A stretch of 64,000 nt of DNA, taken from positions 18,008 through 82,007 of the forward strand of contig JAQIBN010000006.1 of NCBI GenBank assembly GCA_027859095.1, in the 5' to 3' direction. Below, in pieces: positions 1 through 9,795 of this stretch. Both the position numbers and the translations under genes were made by a program. Origin of the DNA: Spirochaetia bacterium. GTDB taxonomy: Bacteria > Spirochaetota > Spirochaetia > B11-G9. The notes beneath the pieces are model-generated. The model was not told where the DNA came from, ran no database searches, and was given only the letters and a program-made list of their open reading frames with translations. The first letter of the stretch is position 1, and every line of letters begins with the position of its first letter.

Positions 1-1440
1 GGTTGGTTAAGAAACGTCCCTGGAGTCTGTTATGCAACAATTGGTCCTGGAGCAACAAATCTGAGTACTGGAATTGGCAGTGCCTTTTTGGATCGATCTC
101 CTGTTATTGCCCTAACCAGTGAGCCTTCAGAGTCCATGCGGGGTAGAACTACCCAAATGGCTATCGATCAGCATGCTTTTCTGAAGCCTATTACAAAGTG
201 GTCAACCAGACTTAATGAATCGACCATGGATGGAGTTTTTCAGAAAGCTGTTCATATTGCTACTTCAGAATATCCTGGACCTGTTCACATTTCGCTTCCC
301 GGGGATATTGCAAATAAAGATGTTCCTGCCACCAGGCCTTATATAATCCCTACTCCTGTCTTAGCATCTCCTGATGACGCCTCTATAAGACGAGTGGAAG
401 ATCTTTTTAAAAAAGCAAAACGTCCAATTCTTGCAGTGGGTCTTTCAGCTGTACGCCTGGGTCTTGGTGATTATATCAAATCAGTTGCAGAACGTCATAA
501 TATACCTGTCGTACTGACTCCCATGGCAAAGGGACTTATAAGTGAAGATCATCCTTCCTATGCAGGTGTACTGTTTCATGCTCTCAGTAATCGTGTTGCT
601 GACACTTATCGTCAGGCCGACCTTGTTGTAGGGATCGGTTATGACCCGGTGGAGTTCAACTATGAGGAATGGATGCCGGAAGTGGATCTAATTCACATGG
701 ATTCTGTTCCTGCAGATATTGATGCTATGAATTATCCTTCAGTTCTTAATGTTATAGGCCACCCCGGGGAAGCCCTTAAAAGGCTGACAGAAATGGATTC
801 TATTCTCTCGGAATGGGATATGAAGGCTCTTGAGGAGCGTCGTAATGCAATGTTCGCTGAATTTATACCTAAGGGGGATTTTTTCGGCCCTCTTTCGGTT
901 CTTTCTATTCTTCGTGAACTGCTTCCAGATGAAGGAATAATGACCTGTGATGTTGGCTCTCATACCCACTTAATAGGCCAGGCCTGGAGAACGCCTCACC
1001 CATATGGACAGATTATGACTAATGGCTGGTCCTCTATGGGATTCGGTATTCCTGCAGCCATAGGGGCAAAAATTGCACAGCCTGAGCGAGAGGTTGTCTG
1101 TGTTACAGGAGACGGTAGTTTTATGATGATGGCCGGAGAGATGGCAACTGCTAATCGCATGGGTCTTAATATAGTTGTTATTGTCCTTGCAGACCGAACT
1201 CTTGAACTGATTAAAATTAAGCAGGGAAGAAAATCCCTGGAAGTATATGGAACCACATTAAGCAATAAGGATATTCCATCACCTGAATCTATGTTTGGAG
1301 TACCTATATTAACAGTAAAGGATGAAGATTCTTATAGGGAAGCGTTGGAAAAGGCTTTCAGGATCGATGGACCTGTTATTATTGAAGCGCTTATCGACCC
1401 GTCAGAATATAATGGTCTTATCCTTCAAAAGCATAAATAA
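1..1440 (+). CDS. Thiamine-pyrophosphate-dependent enzyme of the acetolactate synthase large-subunit family (could equally be sulfoacetaldehyde acetyltransferase). The 5' end lies outside the window.
   Basis: The frame is open from base 1 (GWLRNVPGVCYATIGPGATNLSTG...). It has the TPP-enzyme central and C-terminal domain signature (GDGSFMM...ANRMGLNIVVIVLAD). The ORF track gives 88..1440 in the same frame. Confidence 0.8.
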   Translation, partial: GWLRNVPGVCYATIGPGATNLSTGIGSAFLDRSPVIALTSEPSESMRGRTTQMAIDQHAFLKPITKWSTRLNESTMDGVFQKAVHIATSEYPGPVHISLPGDIANKDVPATRPYIIPTPVLASPDDASIRRVEDLFKKAKRPILAVGLSAVRLGLGDYIKSVAERHNIPVVLTPMAKGLISEDHPSYAGVLFHALSNRVADTYRQADLVVGIGYDPVEFNYEEWMPEVDLIHMDSVPADIDAMNYPSVLNVIGHPGEALKRLTEMDSILSEWDMKALEERRNAMFAEFIPKGDFFGPLSVLSILRELLPDEGIMTCDVGSHTHLIGQAWRTPHPYGQIMTNGWSSMGFGIPAAIGAKIAQPEREVVCVTGDGSFMMMAGEMATANRMGLNIVVIVLADRTLELIKIKQGRKSLEVYGTTLSNKDIPSPESMFGVPILTVKDEDSYREALEKAFRIDGPVIIEALIDPSEYNGLILQKHK

Positions 1441-1458
1441 ATATAGGAGTGTAATGAT

Positions 1459-2209
1459 ATGCGTAATACCGGCAAACCGGCAGATCTTGGTGCAAAAAGA
1501 TTGGATACTATCCCCTTTTCGGGAATAAGAAAGGTTTTTGAAGCAGTAAGACAATTGGAATCAAAAGGAACAGACATTATTCATTGGCAAATTGGACGAA
1601 CTGATTTTGATACCCCTGACAATATAAAAAAGGCTGCATCTGAATCTATGAAGAGGGGGTGATGTTCATTATGCGCCAAATCGTGGGGTCCCAGTATTAA
1701 GGAATGCAATTGCAAGACGAACAGAAAAAGATAACGGCATTGCAGTGGATCCGGAATCTCAGGTAATTGTTATGTCCGGGGCTAATGAAGGAATCTTAGT
1801 AGCTATGGAAGCATTCCTTGATCCTGGTGACGAGGTTATTATTCCAAACCCCAATTGGCATCATTATAAATCCTGTGCTCTTATAGCCGGTGGAGCCCCT
1901 GTTGAGGTTGATACTGTAGATACCGAAAACTTTTCTCTTAGAGCAGAGAAGGTAGCTGGTCTGATAACTAAAAAAACAAAAATGATATGTATTACCTCAC
2001 CGGGAAATCCAACTGGATGTGTAAATACATTTATCCAGCATGGTGCAGCAGCAGGACTTGACGATGATCAGTCATTAATAGAAGAACGGATTGAAGAATT
2101 CGCTGAACGTCGCAGGATTATTAAGGAAGGATTGCTGGCAATAAAAGGGATTACTCTTGCAGAACCCATGGGTGCCTTTTATGCATTTCCCGGAATAAAG
2201 AGTTTCTAA
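1459..2209 (+). pseudogene. Class I/II (aspartate-type) aminotransferase, disrupted by a frameshift and an internal deletion.
   Basis: The N-terminal segment (IPFSGIRKVFE...DFDTPDNIKKAA) continues in another frame (DVHYAPNRGVPVLRNAIA...SPGNPTG) after a G5 run at 1655-1659. About 150 residues are missing between the SPGNPTG motif and the C-terminal GAFYAFP motif. A GGAG ribosome-binding site precedes 1459. Confidence 0.6.
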
Positions 2210-2212
2210 AGG

Positions 2213-2520
2213 TTTAAAACTGGCAGTTATGATACTGTTGGTAATGGCTCTCTTTGCTGCTCCGTTATTTGCGGCTGCACAAAAAGAGGAAGCAGGTGAG
2301 AGTAAAAAGATCAGTATAGCCCTGCAATGCTTGGGGCACTTGTCAGGCTTATTTTAGATGGCACTTTATCCCGAAATGTTTGCCTCAATTACTGCTATCG
2401 TGTTATTTGCATCACTGGTAGTAAGTTCTCTCCAGCGATTGGAGGGCATATTGTTTTCAAAGAAAGGGAAGGCCGTTGGATAACGGTATTGGATTACGAC
2501 ATTATACAGAGGAGGCTATA
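2213..2520 (+). pseudogene. Remnant of an ABC substrate-binding-protein gene. Only the signal peptide and short N-terminal region remain.
   Basis: Translation gives LKLAVMILLVMALFAAPLFAAAQKEEAGESKKISIALQ... It sits where an SBP gene would be expected, directly upstream of the ABC ATPase and permease. Stops follow within about 50 codons. Confidence 0.3.
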
Positions 2521-2525
2521 CAACA

Positions 2526-3305
2526 ATGCAATCACAAGTAGTAACAACTGAACATATAATAGAAGTAAAGGGAATATCTAAAACCTATGATGGCGGTGTA
2601 GAGGCCATAAAAAATATTGACCTTCAAATACCCAGAGGGGAACTTACTACTCTTTTGGGTCCAAGCGGATGTGGAAAAACGACACTCCTTAAGATAATTG
2701 CCGGACTTCTTCCTCCAAGTGGAGGAGAGGTTCTAATAAATAATAAACCAGTACATGGGCCAGGCCCGGAACGGGCATTTGTTTTTCAGGATTTTGCACT
2801 TCTTCCATGGGCTACTGTTTTGAGAAATGTATCATTTGGTCTGGAACTTCGTAAAATGCCGAAGGCTCAGCGACACGAGATTGCCCGGAAGTATATTAGT
2901 GAGGTTGGGCTTGATGGATTTGAGAATTCTTATCCCCATGAGTTATCCGGGGGAATGCGTCAAAGAGTAGGCCTTGCAAGGGCATTAACTGTTGATTCTG
3001 ACATATTGTTAATGGATGAACCCTTTGCTTCAGTTGATGAGCAGACTCGTAGAAAACTGCAGGATGATTTGCTTAAACTTCTGCAAATAGAAAAGAAGAC
3101 TGTTATTTTTGTGACTCACAGTATTGAAGAAGCAGTATATGTCTCTGATAAAGTCGTGCTGCTTGGCCCAAGACCAAGCTCTGTTATGAAAATAATTGAT
3201 ACTGGACTGGATCATATAAAAAGCGATGGTGATATCCGTCGTGATAAGCATTATTTGGACCTGGTAGAGGATCTATGGCTTATTCTTAAACAGTATCTTA
3301 CGTAG
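2526..3305 (+). CDS. ABC transporter ATP-binding protein of the NitT/TauT family (SsuB/TauB-like).
   Basis: Walker A GPSGCGKTT, ABC signature LSGGMRQRV and Walker B LLMDEPFASVD are present. Confidence 0.85.
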   Translation: MQSQVVTTEHIIEVKGISKTYDGGVEAIKNIDLQIPRGELTTLLGPSGCGKTTLLKIIAGLLPPSGGEVLINNKPVHGPGPERAFVFQDFALLPWATVLRNVSFGLELRKMPKAQRHEIARKYISEVGLDGFENSYPHELSGGMRQRVGLARALTVDSDILLMDEPFASVDEQTRRKLQDDLLKLLQIEKKTVIFVTHSIEEAVYVSDKVVLLGPRPSSVMKIIDTGLDHIKSDGDIRRDKHYLDLVEDLWLILKQYLT

Positions 3306-3317
3306 AGGGGTGAAAAA

Positions 3318-4070
3318 ATGACAATATTTGGTAAAAAAATTCCTATGTTTTTTGCTCTTTTTATTTGGATGATTGTATGGGAAATTATCGGACGCATGGA
3401 ATTATTATTTCTTATTCCACCTTTTACTAAAGTACTTACGGGGATGTGGGAACTCCTTGGCAATGGTAAATTCCATGCTGCTCTTGGCATTAGTTTCACC
3501 TCTTTTCTTTATGGTATGGGTCTGGCTATTGTAATAGGTATCCCACTAGGTGTACTAATGGGGCGAATAAAGCTGGTCGACGAATTGGCAGGTATGTGGG
3601 TAAATGTATTTGTAAGTGCTCCCCTTTCAGCTGTTATTCCTGCCCTTATGGTACTTCTGGGTTTTGGGCAGACTACAGTAATTTTTACAGTTATGCTTTT
3701 TGCTGTCTGGATAATTACTATCGATACAAGAGCGGGAGTAAAAAATATTAGCCCTTCTTTGATAGAAATGTCGAATTCTTACGGTGCAGGAAAATGGGAC
3801 CTTTACAGTAAGGTTATTTTCTGGGCCGCGTTACCTGAGATCCTTGCTGGTTTGAGACTGGGATTAATTCGTGGTGTAAGGGGTGTTGTAGTAGGCCAAT
3901 TGCTAATAGCTATTGTGGGCCTTGGTGAACTATTTGAACTATATTCCAGAAATTTTCTTATGGATCTTTTTTGGGCACTGGTTGTTCTAATTTTTATGTT
4001 TGCATATGTAATAAGTGAAATAGTCAATCACTTTGAACAAAAAGTAGAATTCTACGCAGGACAGCGTTAA
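3318..4070 (+). CDS. ABC transporter permease of the NitT/TauT family (SsuC/TauC-like).
   Basis: It is a 250-aa polytopic membrane protein with a BPD-transporter inner-membrane-component profile, immediately downstream of the ATPase. Confidence 0.8.
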   Translation: MTIFGKKIPMFFALFIWMIVWEIIGRMELLFLIPPFTKVLTGMWELLGNGKFHAALGISFTSFLYGMGLAIVIGIPLGVLMGRIKLVDELAGMWVNVFVSAPLSAVIPALMVLLGFGQTTVIFTVMLFAVWIITIDTRAGVKNISPSLIEMSNSYGAGKWDLYSKVIFWAALPEILAGLRLGLIRGVRGVVVGQLLIAIVGLGELFELYSRNFLMDLFWALVVLIFMFAYVISEIVNHFEQKVEFYAGQR

Positions 4071-4129
4071 TTAAAGTATTATAGGTTTCACATTTTCATA
4101 TGGGTATGGTTGGAATAGAGATGATTGAT

Positions 4130-4526
4130 ACTTTAATAAAAAGGGAGATACCAGTAAGGTTCTTGCTCTTAAACCACTTCACGATTATGCAAAAATTAAG
4201 CGGGTAATTGTATCTACTTACCAGGCTGTTTCAGGCTCAGGTATTAAGGCCTTTGAGGGACTGAAAAGAAAATTACTGTTGAGAAAGCAAGAGAATTGTT
4301 ATTATCAACTCCTGGAGTAAAACTGGTTGATGATGTTAAAAAAAATCTCTATCCAATGCCATTATACTCTAATAATGAAGACCTGACTATGGTAGGTAGA
4401 ATACGAGAGGATCTTACAGTAGCCAACGGTTTGAATATCTGGGTTGTTTCAAATAATATCAGAAAGGGAGCTGCATTGAATGCAGTACAAATAGTTGAAA
4501 AACTCATAGATCTGAATATCGTATAG
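4130..4526 (+). pseudogene. asd: Fragmented remnant of aspartate-semialdehyde dehydrogenase (asd).
   Basis: Two frames carry Asd-like segments: KVLALKPLHDYAKIKRVIVSTYQAVSGSGIKAFEGL, and LSTPGVKLVDD...MVGRIREDL...NNIRKGAALNAVQIVE. The N-terminal catalytic part and a central block are absent. Confidence 0.6.
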
Positions 4527-4593
4527 AAAAAAGCACCCCAGATGGTTCAGATTACTGATTTAAAATATTGTGACCCAGTGCCTTGAAGATGGT

Positions 4594-5025
4594 TTAGGGC
4601 TGGGGGGGTGTCAAATTTGTCTCTAAAGAGGAAATATCCTTTTCAATTTTTTTTATTTTGCCTGTCATTTGATTTATTCTGTATTCGATGGAATTAAGTA
4701 TCCAGAATTGAAAATGATTAAACTTATGCTGGGAATGAATCATCCATACTATTTTTATTGATACCAGTAGAACACTTAGCTCGAGAGAAATAAAAGATGG
4801 AAGCCAATGAGTTGTTATTTCAGTTATGAAAAAGAAACTTATCAGAAGAAGAAATACAATATTGATTATTGTATCGACTTTTGAATATGATTTTCCTCCA
4901 ATTTTTCCCAGCTTATTTTTTATTTCATCACGTTCCTTATTATTTTCCTGAATTTCTTTAAGAATTTCCTCTTTCTTCTCTTTCAAATCTTCAGTATTTT
5001 GAGTGCGGCCATCTGTAGTACTCAT
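4594..5025 (-). CDS. Hypothetical small membrane protein with an N-terminal charged coiled-coil.
   Basis: The 143-aa ORF has a KE-rich N-terminus, two hydrophobic segments and a coiled-coil tail. It overlaps the upstream permease gene by 4 nt. Confidence 0.5.
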   Translation of the reverse strand: MSTTDGRTQNTEDLKEKKEEILKEIQENNKERDEIKNKLGKIGGKSYSKVDTIINIVFLLLISFFFITEITTHWLPSFISLELSVLLVSIKIVWMIHSQHKFNHFQFWILNSIEYRINQMTGKIKKIEKDISSLETNLTPPQP

Positions 5026-6296
5026 CGAAAGGCTCCTATTATAATAATTTGTGAATATATAAGTGCAAATATCAGCATTGTGATTATAAGCGGCAGCAAT
5101 GATATTAAACTCTTTGCCAGGCTTGTTTTAAAGTGCTCATTGGTTACAATAAGACATATATGTACCGGAGACATCATAACTCCCATGAATCCGAATGAGA
5201 ATGCAAGGGAAACTGTAGAGAGTATTTGATACAATGCGGGATCTCTTCCCAAAAGGGAAATTGCAATTGGAATTGAAGCTCCTGCAAATCCAACTGTTAT
5301 TCCTGTTGTGAGGCCGCTGACAAAAGGGATAATCATTATTAAGGCAATAATAGGGATGCCAAGATCATCAAGTTCCATTCTCATCTGATCCATCAAAAGT
5401 ACACCATTGGGCATTCTTGCTTCAATAAATGCTCCGTAAATACTGACCAGCACTACTATAATAACCATAATTACAGGTTTTTTATTTATTATTACTGCCT
5501 TCCAGTCTAACATAGATAGTGGCCTTTCAAACTGAAGAAGAATCATGGCACTCAATAGACCTATACTCATGGGCAGGTATTTACTAATTATAGAAATTTT
5601 AGGGAAAAATACTAATATAATTATATAAACAACAATAACTACCACTATCGGAGATATTAGTTTGTAGATCCCTTTATTGGCTTTTGTCTTGATAATTTTC
5701 TGATTTTTTACCTTTCGAAGGAGGAAAAAATACCCGGTAGCTATAGCTGCCACAGTCATAGGGAGTCCTAGAAGGAATAGCTGCCAAATTGGTAAGTTGA
5801 CAATATTTGCGGTTAAAATCAACCCTGGATAAAGTGGCCATGTATATTCCCAAATGTGTCTGAACCAATAGTTTATCTTTGTTTTTAAAGCAGGATCAAT
5901 AATAGAATTTTCATCACAGTCATCAACCAAAGGGGCAGAGAAAATTGCTCCACCTGGCATAGGAAGAAGCCCTATAATTGCCGGAAGAACTGCTATAGCC
6001 CCCTTCACTGAAAGTTTCACCTTTATTGTATCAACAAGATCTCTCATTATACCAGCTTTTGCCATCTGGGATGAAAGCCATATAACAAGGAAGATAATTG
6101 CAGAAAGCATGGCATTATCTATACTGTAGAATTCTGTCCAGCTGATGGATCCTATAGCAGATATTGAGTGACCTGACCATAAGGCCAGGGTTACTGTTCC
6201 AGCAAGAATAGAAAATGCCAGATTTTTTATCATCTTATTGGCAATTAAAATAATGGAAAGTGATGCTAGAATTTTAACAAGTACTGGTATTATCAT
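5022..6296 (-). CDS. Polytopic membrane permease-like protein (ArsB/NhaD/DUF401-like fold).
   Basis: It is a 424-aa highly hydrophobic protein with more than ten predicted TM segments. Only 11 nt separate it from the SPFH gene upstream. Confidence 0.55.
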   Translation of the reverse strand: MIIPVLVKILASLSIILIANKMIKNLAFSILAGTVTLALWSGHSISAIGSISWTEFYSIDNAMLSAIIFLVIWLSSQMAKAGIMRDLVDTIKVKLSVKGAIAVLPAIIGLLPMPGGAIFSAPLVDDCDENSIIDPALKTKINYWFRHIWEYTWPLYPGLILTANIVNLPIWQLFLLGLPMTVAAIATGYFFLLRKVKNQKIIKTKANKGIYKLISPIVVVIVVYIIILVFFPKISIISKYLPMSIGLLSAMILLQFERPLSMLDWKAVIINKKPVIMVIIVVLVSIYGAFIEARMPNGVLLMDQMRMELDDLGIPIIALIMIIPFVSGLTTGITVGFAGASIPIAISLLGRDPALYQILSTVSLAFSFGFMGVMMSPVHICLIVTNEHFKTSLAKSLISLLPLIITMLIFALIYSQIIIIGAFR

Positions 6297-6307
6297 TGAA
6301 AACTAAC

Positions 6308-7495
6308 CTATTCATTCTTTGTTGCTGATATTTTTTCGGAAATATTCATAAAAGCTTCAAGTCCTATGGCATCAAAGGGGTTTGTTGGGGATCCTTCTCC
6401 GCTTCCAAATATCATAACTTCCGGAAGTTGAATTTTCGCCAATTCAGCTGCAACTCCTATTGCTGTTTCTTTTTCCAACTCAGCTTTATCTCTGGGAGTT
6501 ATACCTGCCTGAACCAATAATGTTGCTCCCTTGGCTTCAGCTTCTCTGATGCTAAGATTGGCTGCTGCTTCCTCTTCTGCTCTCTGTTTGTTTAATTTTG
6601 ATACTTCAAACTCTTTTTCTGCTTGTGTAACGGCTTTTATTTTTAAAACTTCCTCTTCTGCTCTGGCTACAGCAATCCGTGCTTTCCCTTGTTCTTCTGC
6701 AGTAATTGCATCTTGTTTGGCTCTTTCTGCATTAGCCTGGGCAACAATTCTTTGCTGTTCAGCTTCTTTCTTTTTCGAAATAAGAGAATCTATTGTTGCA
6801 TCAAAATCAATATCCTTAATTACAAACTGCAGGATCTCAATATCATATCTAATAAAAGGTGAAATTTTTCTTACAACTGCTTTTCCGGATTCATCATATT
6901 TAACTTTAACAGTTCTTTCAATGAATTCCTTCCCTTCAAGATTTGTATATATTCGTTCTTCAGCAACAGTTTCAAAAATCCCCCTTCGAATCTGTTCTTC
7001 TGCCAGGGTAGTAAATTCTGATCGTCTGGTTGAATAGGATTCTTCTGCCTTCATTAGGGTAGATGTTTGCATAAGAGCTTCAATTACTACCTGTCTGATA
7101 AGATCGCTCTGTAGCTTGTCATAGGATTTGAAATCCTGGTGCAGTAGTAATTGATTCTCTTCTTTTAAGGATAATCTGAATTTTATAGAACCTGATATAT
7201 CAGCTGTTCCTCCATCATTAAAACGAACTCTGATGGTAGCAGCAGCCTCCCCCGAACCGCCTTCGAGATCAGAATTACTAAAATAATTCATATCAGATAT
7301 TTGGTAGGTTTCAATTGATCCAAAGAATTTACCATACATACCTGGTTTATCATGGACAGAAATTTTTCCGGTAATTGCAGCCTGCTTTATCTGGTAGTAA
7401 CCAGATTTGTTTGTGGAAACAAGATAGCTGGAAGATGTAAAGATTACTCCACCCAGAATAACAAGTATTACTATTGTACCTATCAGTTTTTTCAT
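6308..7495 (-). CDS. SPFH/band-7 (flotillin/stomatin-like) membrane scaffold protein.
   Basis: It has an N-terminal TM segment, an SPFH domain and a long Ala/Glu-rich coiled-coil (AEQQRIVAQANAERAKQDAITAEEQGKARIAVARAEEE...). Confidence 0.8.
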   Translation of the reverse strand: MKKLIGTIVILVILGGVIFTSSSYLVSTNKSGYYQIKQAAITGKISVHDKPGMYGKFFGSIETYQISDMNYFSNSDLEGGSGEAAATIRVRFNDGGTADISGSIKFRLSLKEENQLLLHQDFKSYDKLQSDLIRQVVIEALMQTSTLMKAEESYSTRRSEFTTLAEEQIRRGIFETVAEERIYTNLEGKEFIERTVKVKYDESGKAVVRKISPFIRYDIEILQFVIKDIDFDATIDSLISKKKEAEQQRIVAQANAERAKQDAITAEEQGKARIAVARAEEEVLKIKAVTQAEKEFEVSKLNKQRAEEEAAANLSIREAEAKGATLLVQAGITPRDKAELEKETAIGVAAELAKIQLPEVMIFGSGEGSPTNPFDAIGLEAFMNISEKISATKNE

Positions 7496-7735
7496 ATTCT
7501 CCTCCTCTAAAGTGACAGTATAACAAAGAGTTTAAAACTATTCTATTAAGCTTTTTGCGCTGCATCACATTTTGAATTTAAAAAGTAGCTCTTATCTAAT
7601 CCAGGTACTAATATCTGGCGCAAAATAGCCAAAAACAAGCTGTTACCATAGATATCACAAAATCCTCTATTGACAATAGTAAAATGAATTCTTACTTTAC
7701 TCAGGAAAGTTAGTAAATAATGAGGAATATAAATC

Positions 7736-8113
7736 TTGATTAATAATAAAGCTGTAGTTGTACTTGGAGCAAGCCCTAAGACCAGTCGTTATTCCAACAT
7801 GGCAGTAAGGCAGCTTAAGAGTAACGGATTTCGAGTAATACCTGTAAATCCAGGGCATTCTAATGTAGAAGGATTGGAGACTGTATCAAGGTTAAGTGAA
7901 ATTGAGGAACCAGTTCATACTTTAACCCTATATTTGAGTCCGGTCTGGAGTGAAAGGATTGCAGAAGATATACTTAATTTAAAACCGGATAGAGTAATAT
8001 TTAATCCTGGAACAGAATCCTATATATTAAGAGAATCTTTAAATAATTCTGGAATACCATATATTGAGGCCTGTACTTTAGTAATGCTAAGTACTGGCCA
8101 ATTTAGTAATTAA
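7736..8113 (+). CDS. CoA-binding domain protein (YccU-like).
   Basis: VVLGASPKTSRYSNMAVRQLKSNGFRVIPVNP is a typical CoA_binding_2 fold. Confidence 0.75.
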   Translation: MINNKAVVVLGASPKTSRYSNMAVRQLKSNGFRVIPVNPGHSNVEGLETVSRLSEIEEPVHTLTLYLSPVWSERIAEDILNLKPDRVIFNPGTESYILRESLNNSGIPYIEACTLVMLSTGQFSN

Positions 8114-8243
8114 TCATAGTAGAATATGAAAATAATTGTACAATAAAATATAACAGAGCCTGCCTTATCTGAAAATACAAAAATTATTGAGTCTAAATCT
8201 TTTTAGTGTAAAGAGATAGTTATACGAGGAGATTTGATCTAGT

Positions 8244-8259
8244 TGGCACGTTTTTTGCA
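8244..8259 (+). promoter_or_regulatory. Sigma-54 (RpoN) -24/-12 promoter.
   Basis: TGGCACGTTTTTTGCAT has GG-N10-GC spacing and the full TGGCAC/TTGCA consensus, about 40 nt upstream of the 8300 start codon. Confidence 0.5.
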
Positions 8260-8299
8260 TACTAACTACAGTAGGTTATTTTAAATAGGTGGTTTATTT

Positions 8300-8905
8300 A
8301 TGTCTGAAGCAGCTTTGCTTAAAAGTTCTGCATATATTAAAGAAATAAAGATTGAAGTTGTAAGGAAGTCTATTCATATGATGGTGGCTTTTGTACCTAT
8401 GCTGGCAAGATATAATCTTGTTTTAACATTTAGTGCACTTGTTGCCGGTCTTTTGCTCTATACCTATTCAGAATTTATGCGTTTGAGGGGTGTACAAACC
8501 GCTTTAATTTCACAGATTACTTCAGCAGCAACTAGAGATAAGGATAAGGGTTTTGTTTTTGGACCGGTTACTCTTGCAATTGGAACACTTATGGCCTTGA
8601 TGTTATATCCGGAACCGGCAGCAGCAGTTGCAATTTATGCTCTCGCTTTTGGAGATGGATTTTCTGCACTCTTTGGTAAGCTTTTTGGACGTATGACGAT
8701 TCCTTTTACTGGTGGTAAAACATATGCTGGTTCAACTGCATGTCTACTTTCAGTTTTTCTTACAACACTGGCTGTTTCCGGGTCCCTTAGAGTGTCTATT
8801 ATAATTGCAGTATTGGCTACGTTCCTTGAATCACTTCCTTCTGGTGATCTTGATAATATGATTATCCCTGTTGGGACAGGTTTTGTTGCAGTTCTGGTAA
8901 TGTAG
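8300..8905 (+). CDS. CTP-dependent polyprenol/dolichol/phytol kinase-like membrane protein (CDS/SEC59/DGK1/VTE5 family).
   Basis: It is a multi-TM protein carrying the family's conserved GDGFSALFGKLFGR motif. Confidence 0.55.
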   Translation: MSEAALLKSSAYIKEIKIEVVRKSIHMMVAFVPMLARYNLVLTFSALVAGLLLYTYSEFMRLRGVQTALISQITSAATRDKDKGFVFGPVTLAIGTLMALMLYPEPAAAVAIYALAFGDGFSALFGKLFGRMTIPFTGGKTYAGSTACLLSVFLTTLAVSGSLRVSIIIAVLATFLESLPSGDLDNMIIPVGTGFVAVLVM

Positions 8906-8907
8906 GA

Positions 8908-9711
8908 TTAAGTCCACTGGTATATTTTGTGAATTTTGTATCCGAACAGAGCTGTTCCCATAATAAGGCTCAATATAGCGATATAGCTAAGAGTCTCAGG
9001 AATTAAAGTAAAAAGTATTTCATTTCCTACAGAAATTAACCCCACAGCCAGAGCAAGAAACAGATACTCATGATTATTATTTTTTATAGCTCCGACTAAA
9101 AAATTTAGTACAGCAAATAATTGTAGAATTATAAAAATTTTATTTATTCCATATTCAGATCCGGTTCCTTTTAAAAGGATAATATTTGTCTCTAAAAGAT
9201 CAATTGGTATTGACAGTGACAGGATAAATGAAATTAACATTATTAAGAGAAGAAAAGATTGCTGTTTTTGAAATGGTATACCTGTTGAAAATAATCCTGA
9301 TGTGAATAAGCATAAAATTATTACAATTTTTTCAAAATAAACAACTCTTGATATTGTCTCAGATAAATAAACAGGATATCCCAGAAATCCATCTACAAGA
9401 AATAAGCTACGAAATGAAGTAAATGAAAGGGCAAGTAAAGCAAGACTAAAGAAAAACATTTCGGGTGAGGCAATTTTTTTAAACAGACTTCGTAATATAA
9501 GACCTGCTATAACAACAAATAAATTCTTTATAAAAATCAGATATAGGACATTGAATGGAGAATGATTCAAGGTCAGTTGATTAAACTCTTCAGGTATAAT
9601 AACTCCATTTAGTTTCAAGTGCAGAAATATAATTACAATTATTATAAGAACAAGCATAATTATAGATATGTATATTGCAATTTGGGTTATGTAGGAGCGT
9701 ATAGGTCTCAT
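8908..9711 (-). CDS. Hypothetical polytopic membrane protein.
   Basis: 267 aa, extremely hydrophobic, no recognisable catalytic motif. Confidence 0.45.
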   Translation of the reverse strand: MRPIRSYITQIAIYISIIMLVLIIIVIIFLHLKLNGVIIPEEFNQLTLNHSPFNVLYLIFIKNLFVVIAGLILRSLFKKIASPEMFFFSLALLALSFTSFRSLFLVDGFLGYPVYLSETISRVVYFEKIVIILCLFTSGLFSTGIPFQKQQSFLLLIMLISFILSLSIPIDLLETNIILLKGTGSEYGINKIFIILQLFAVLNFLVGAIKNNNHEYLFLALAVGLISVGNEILFTLIPETLSYIAILSLIMGTALFGYKIHKIYQWT

Positions 9712-9795
9712 AATTGTATATTAAACGAGAAAATATAAAAATTGCTACAGGGAAGATGAGTTTCTTTCGATAATTTTTACTGGGAGGATCTCAAA

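Noticed and set aside
739-1265. ORFs of 76-89 aa on the minus strand inside the TPP enzyme gene. The same pattern applies to many other short track ORFs nested antisense in larger genes, for example 6531..7037, 11009..11314, 19353..19939, 30156..30431 and 40464..41449.
   Set aside because: They are fully embedded in strongly supported genes on the opposite strand. Their amino-acid composition is skewed and low-complexity, and they have no ribosome-binding sites.
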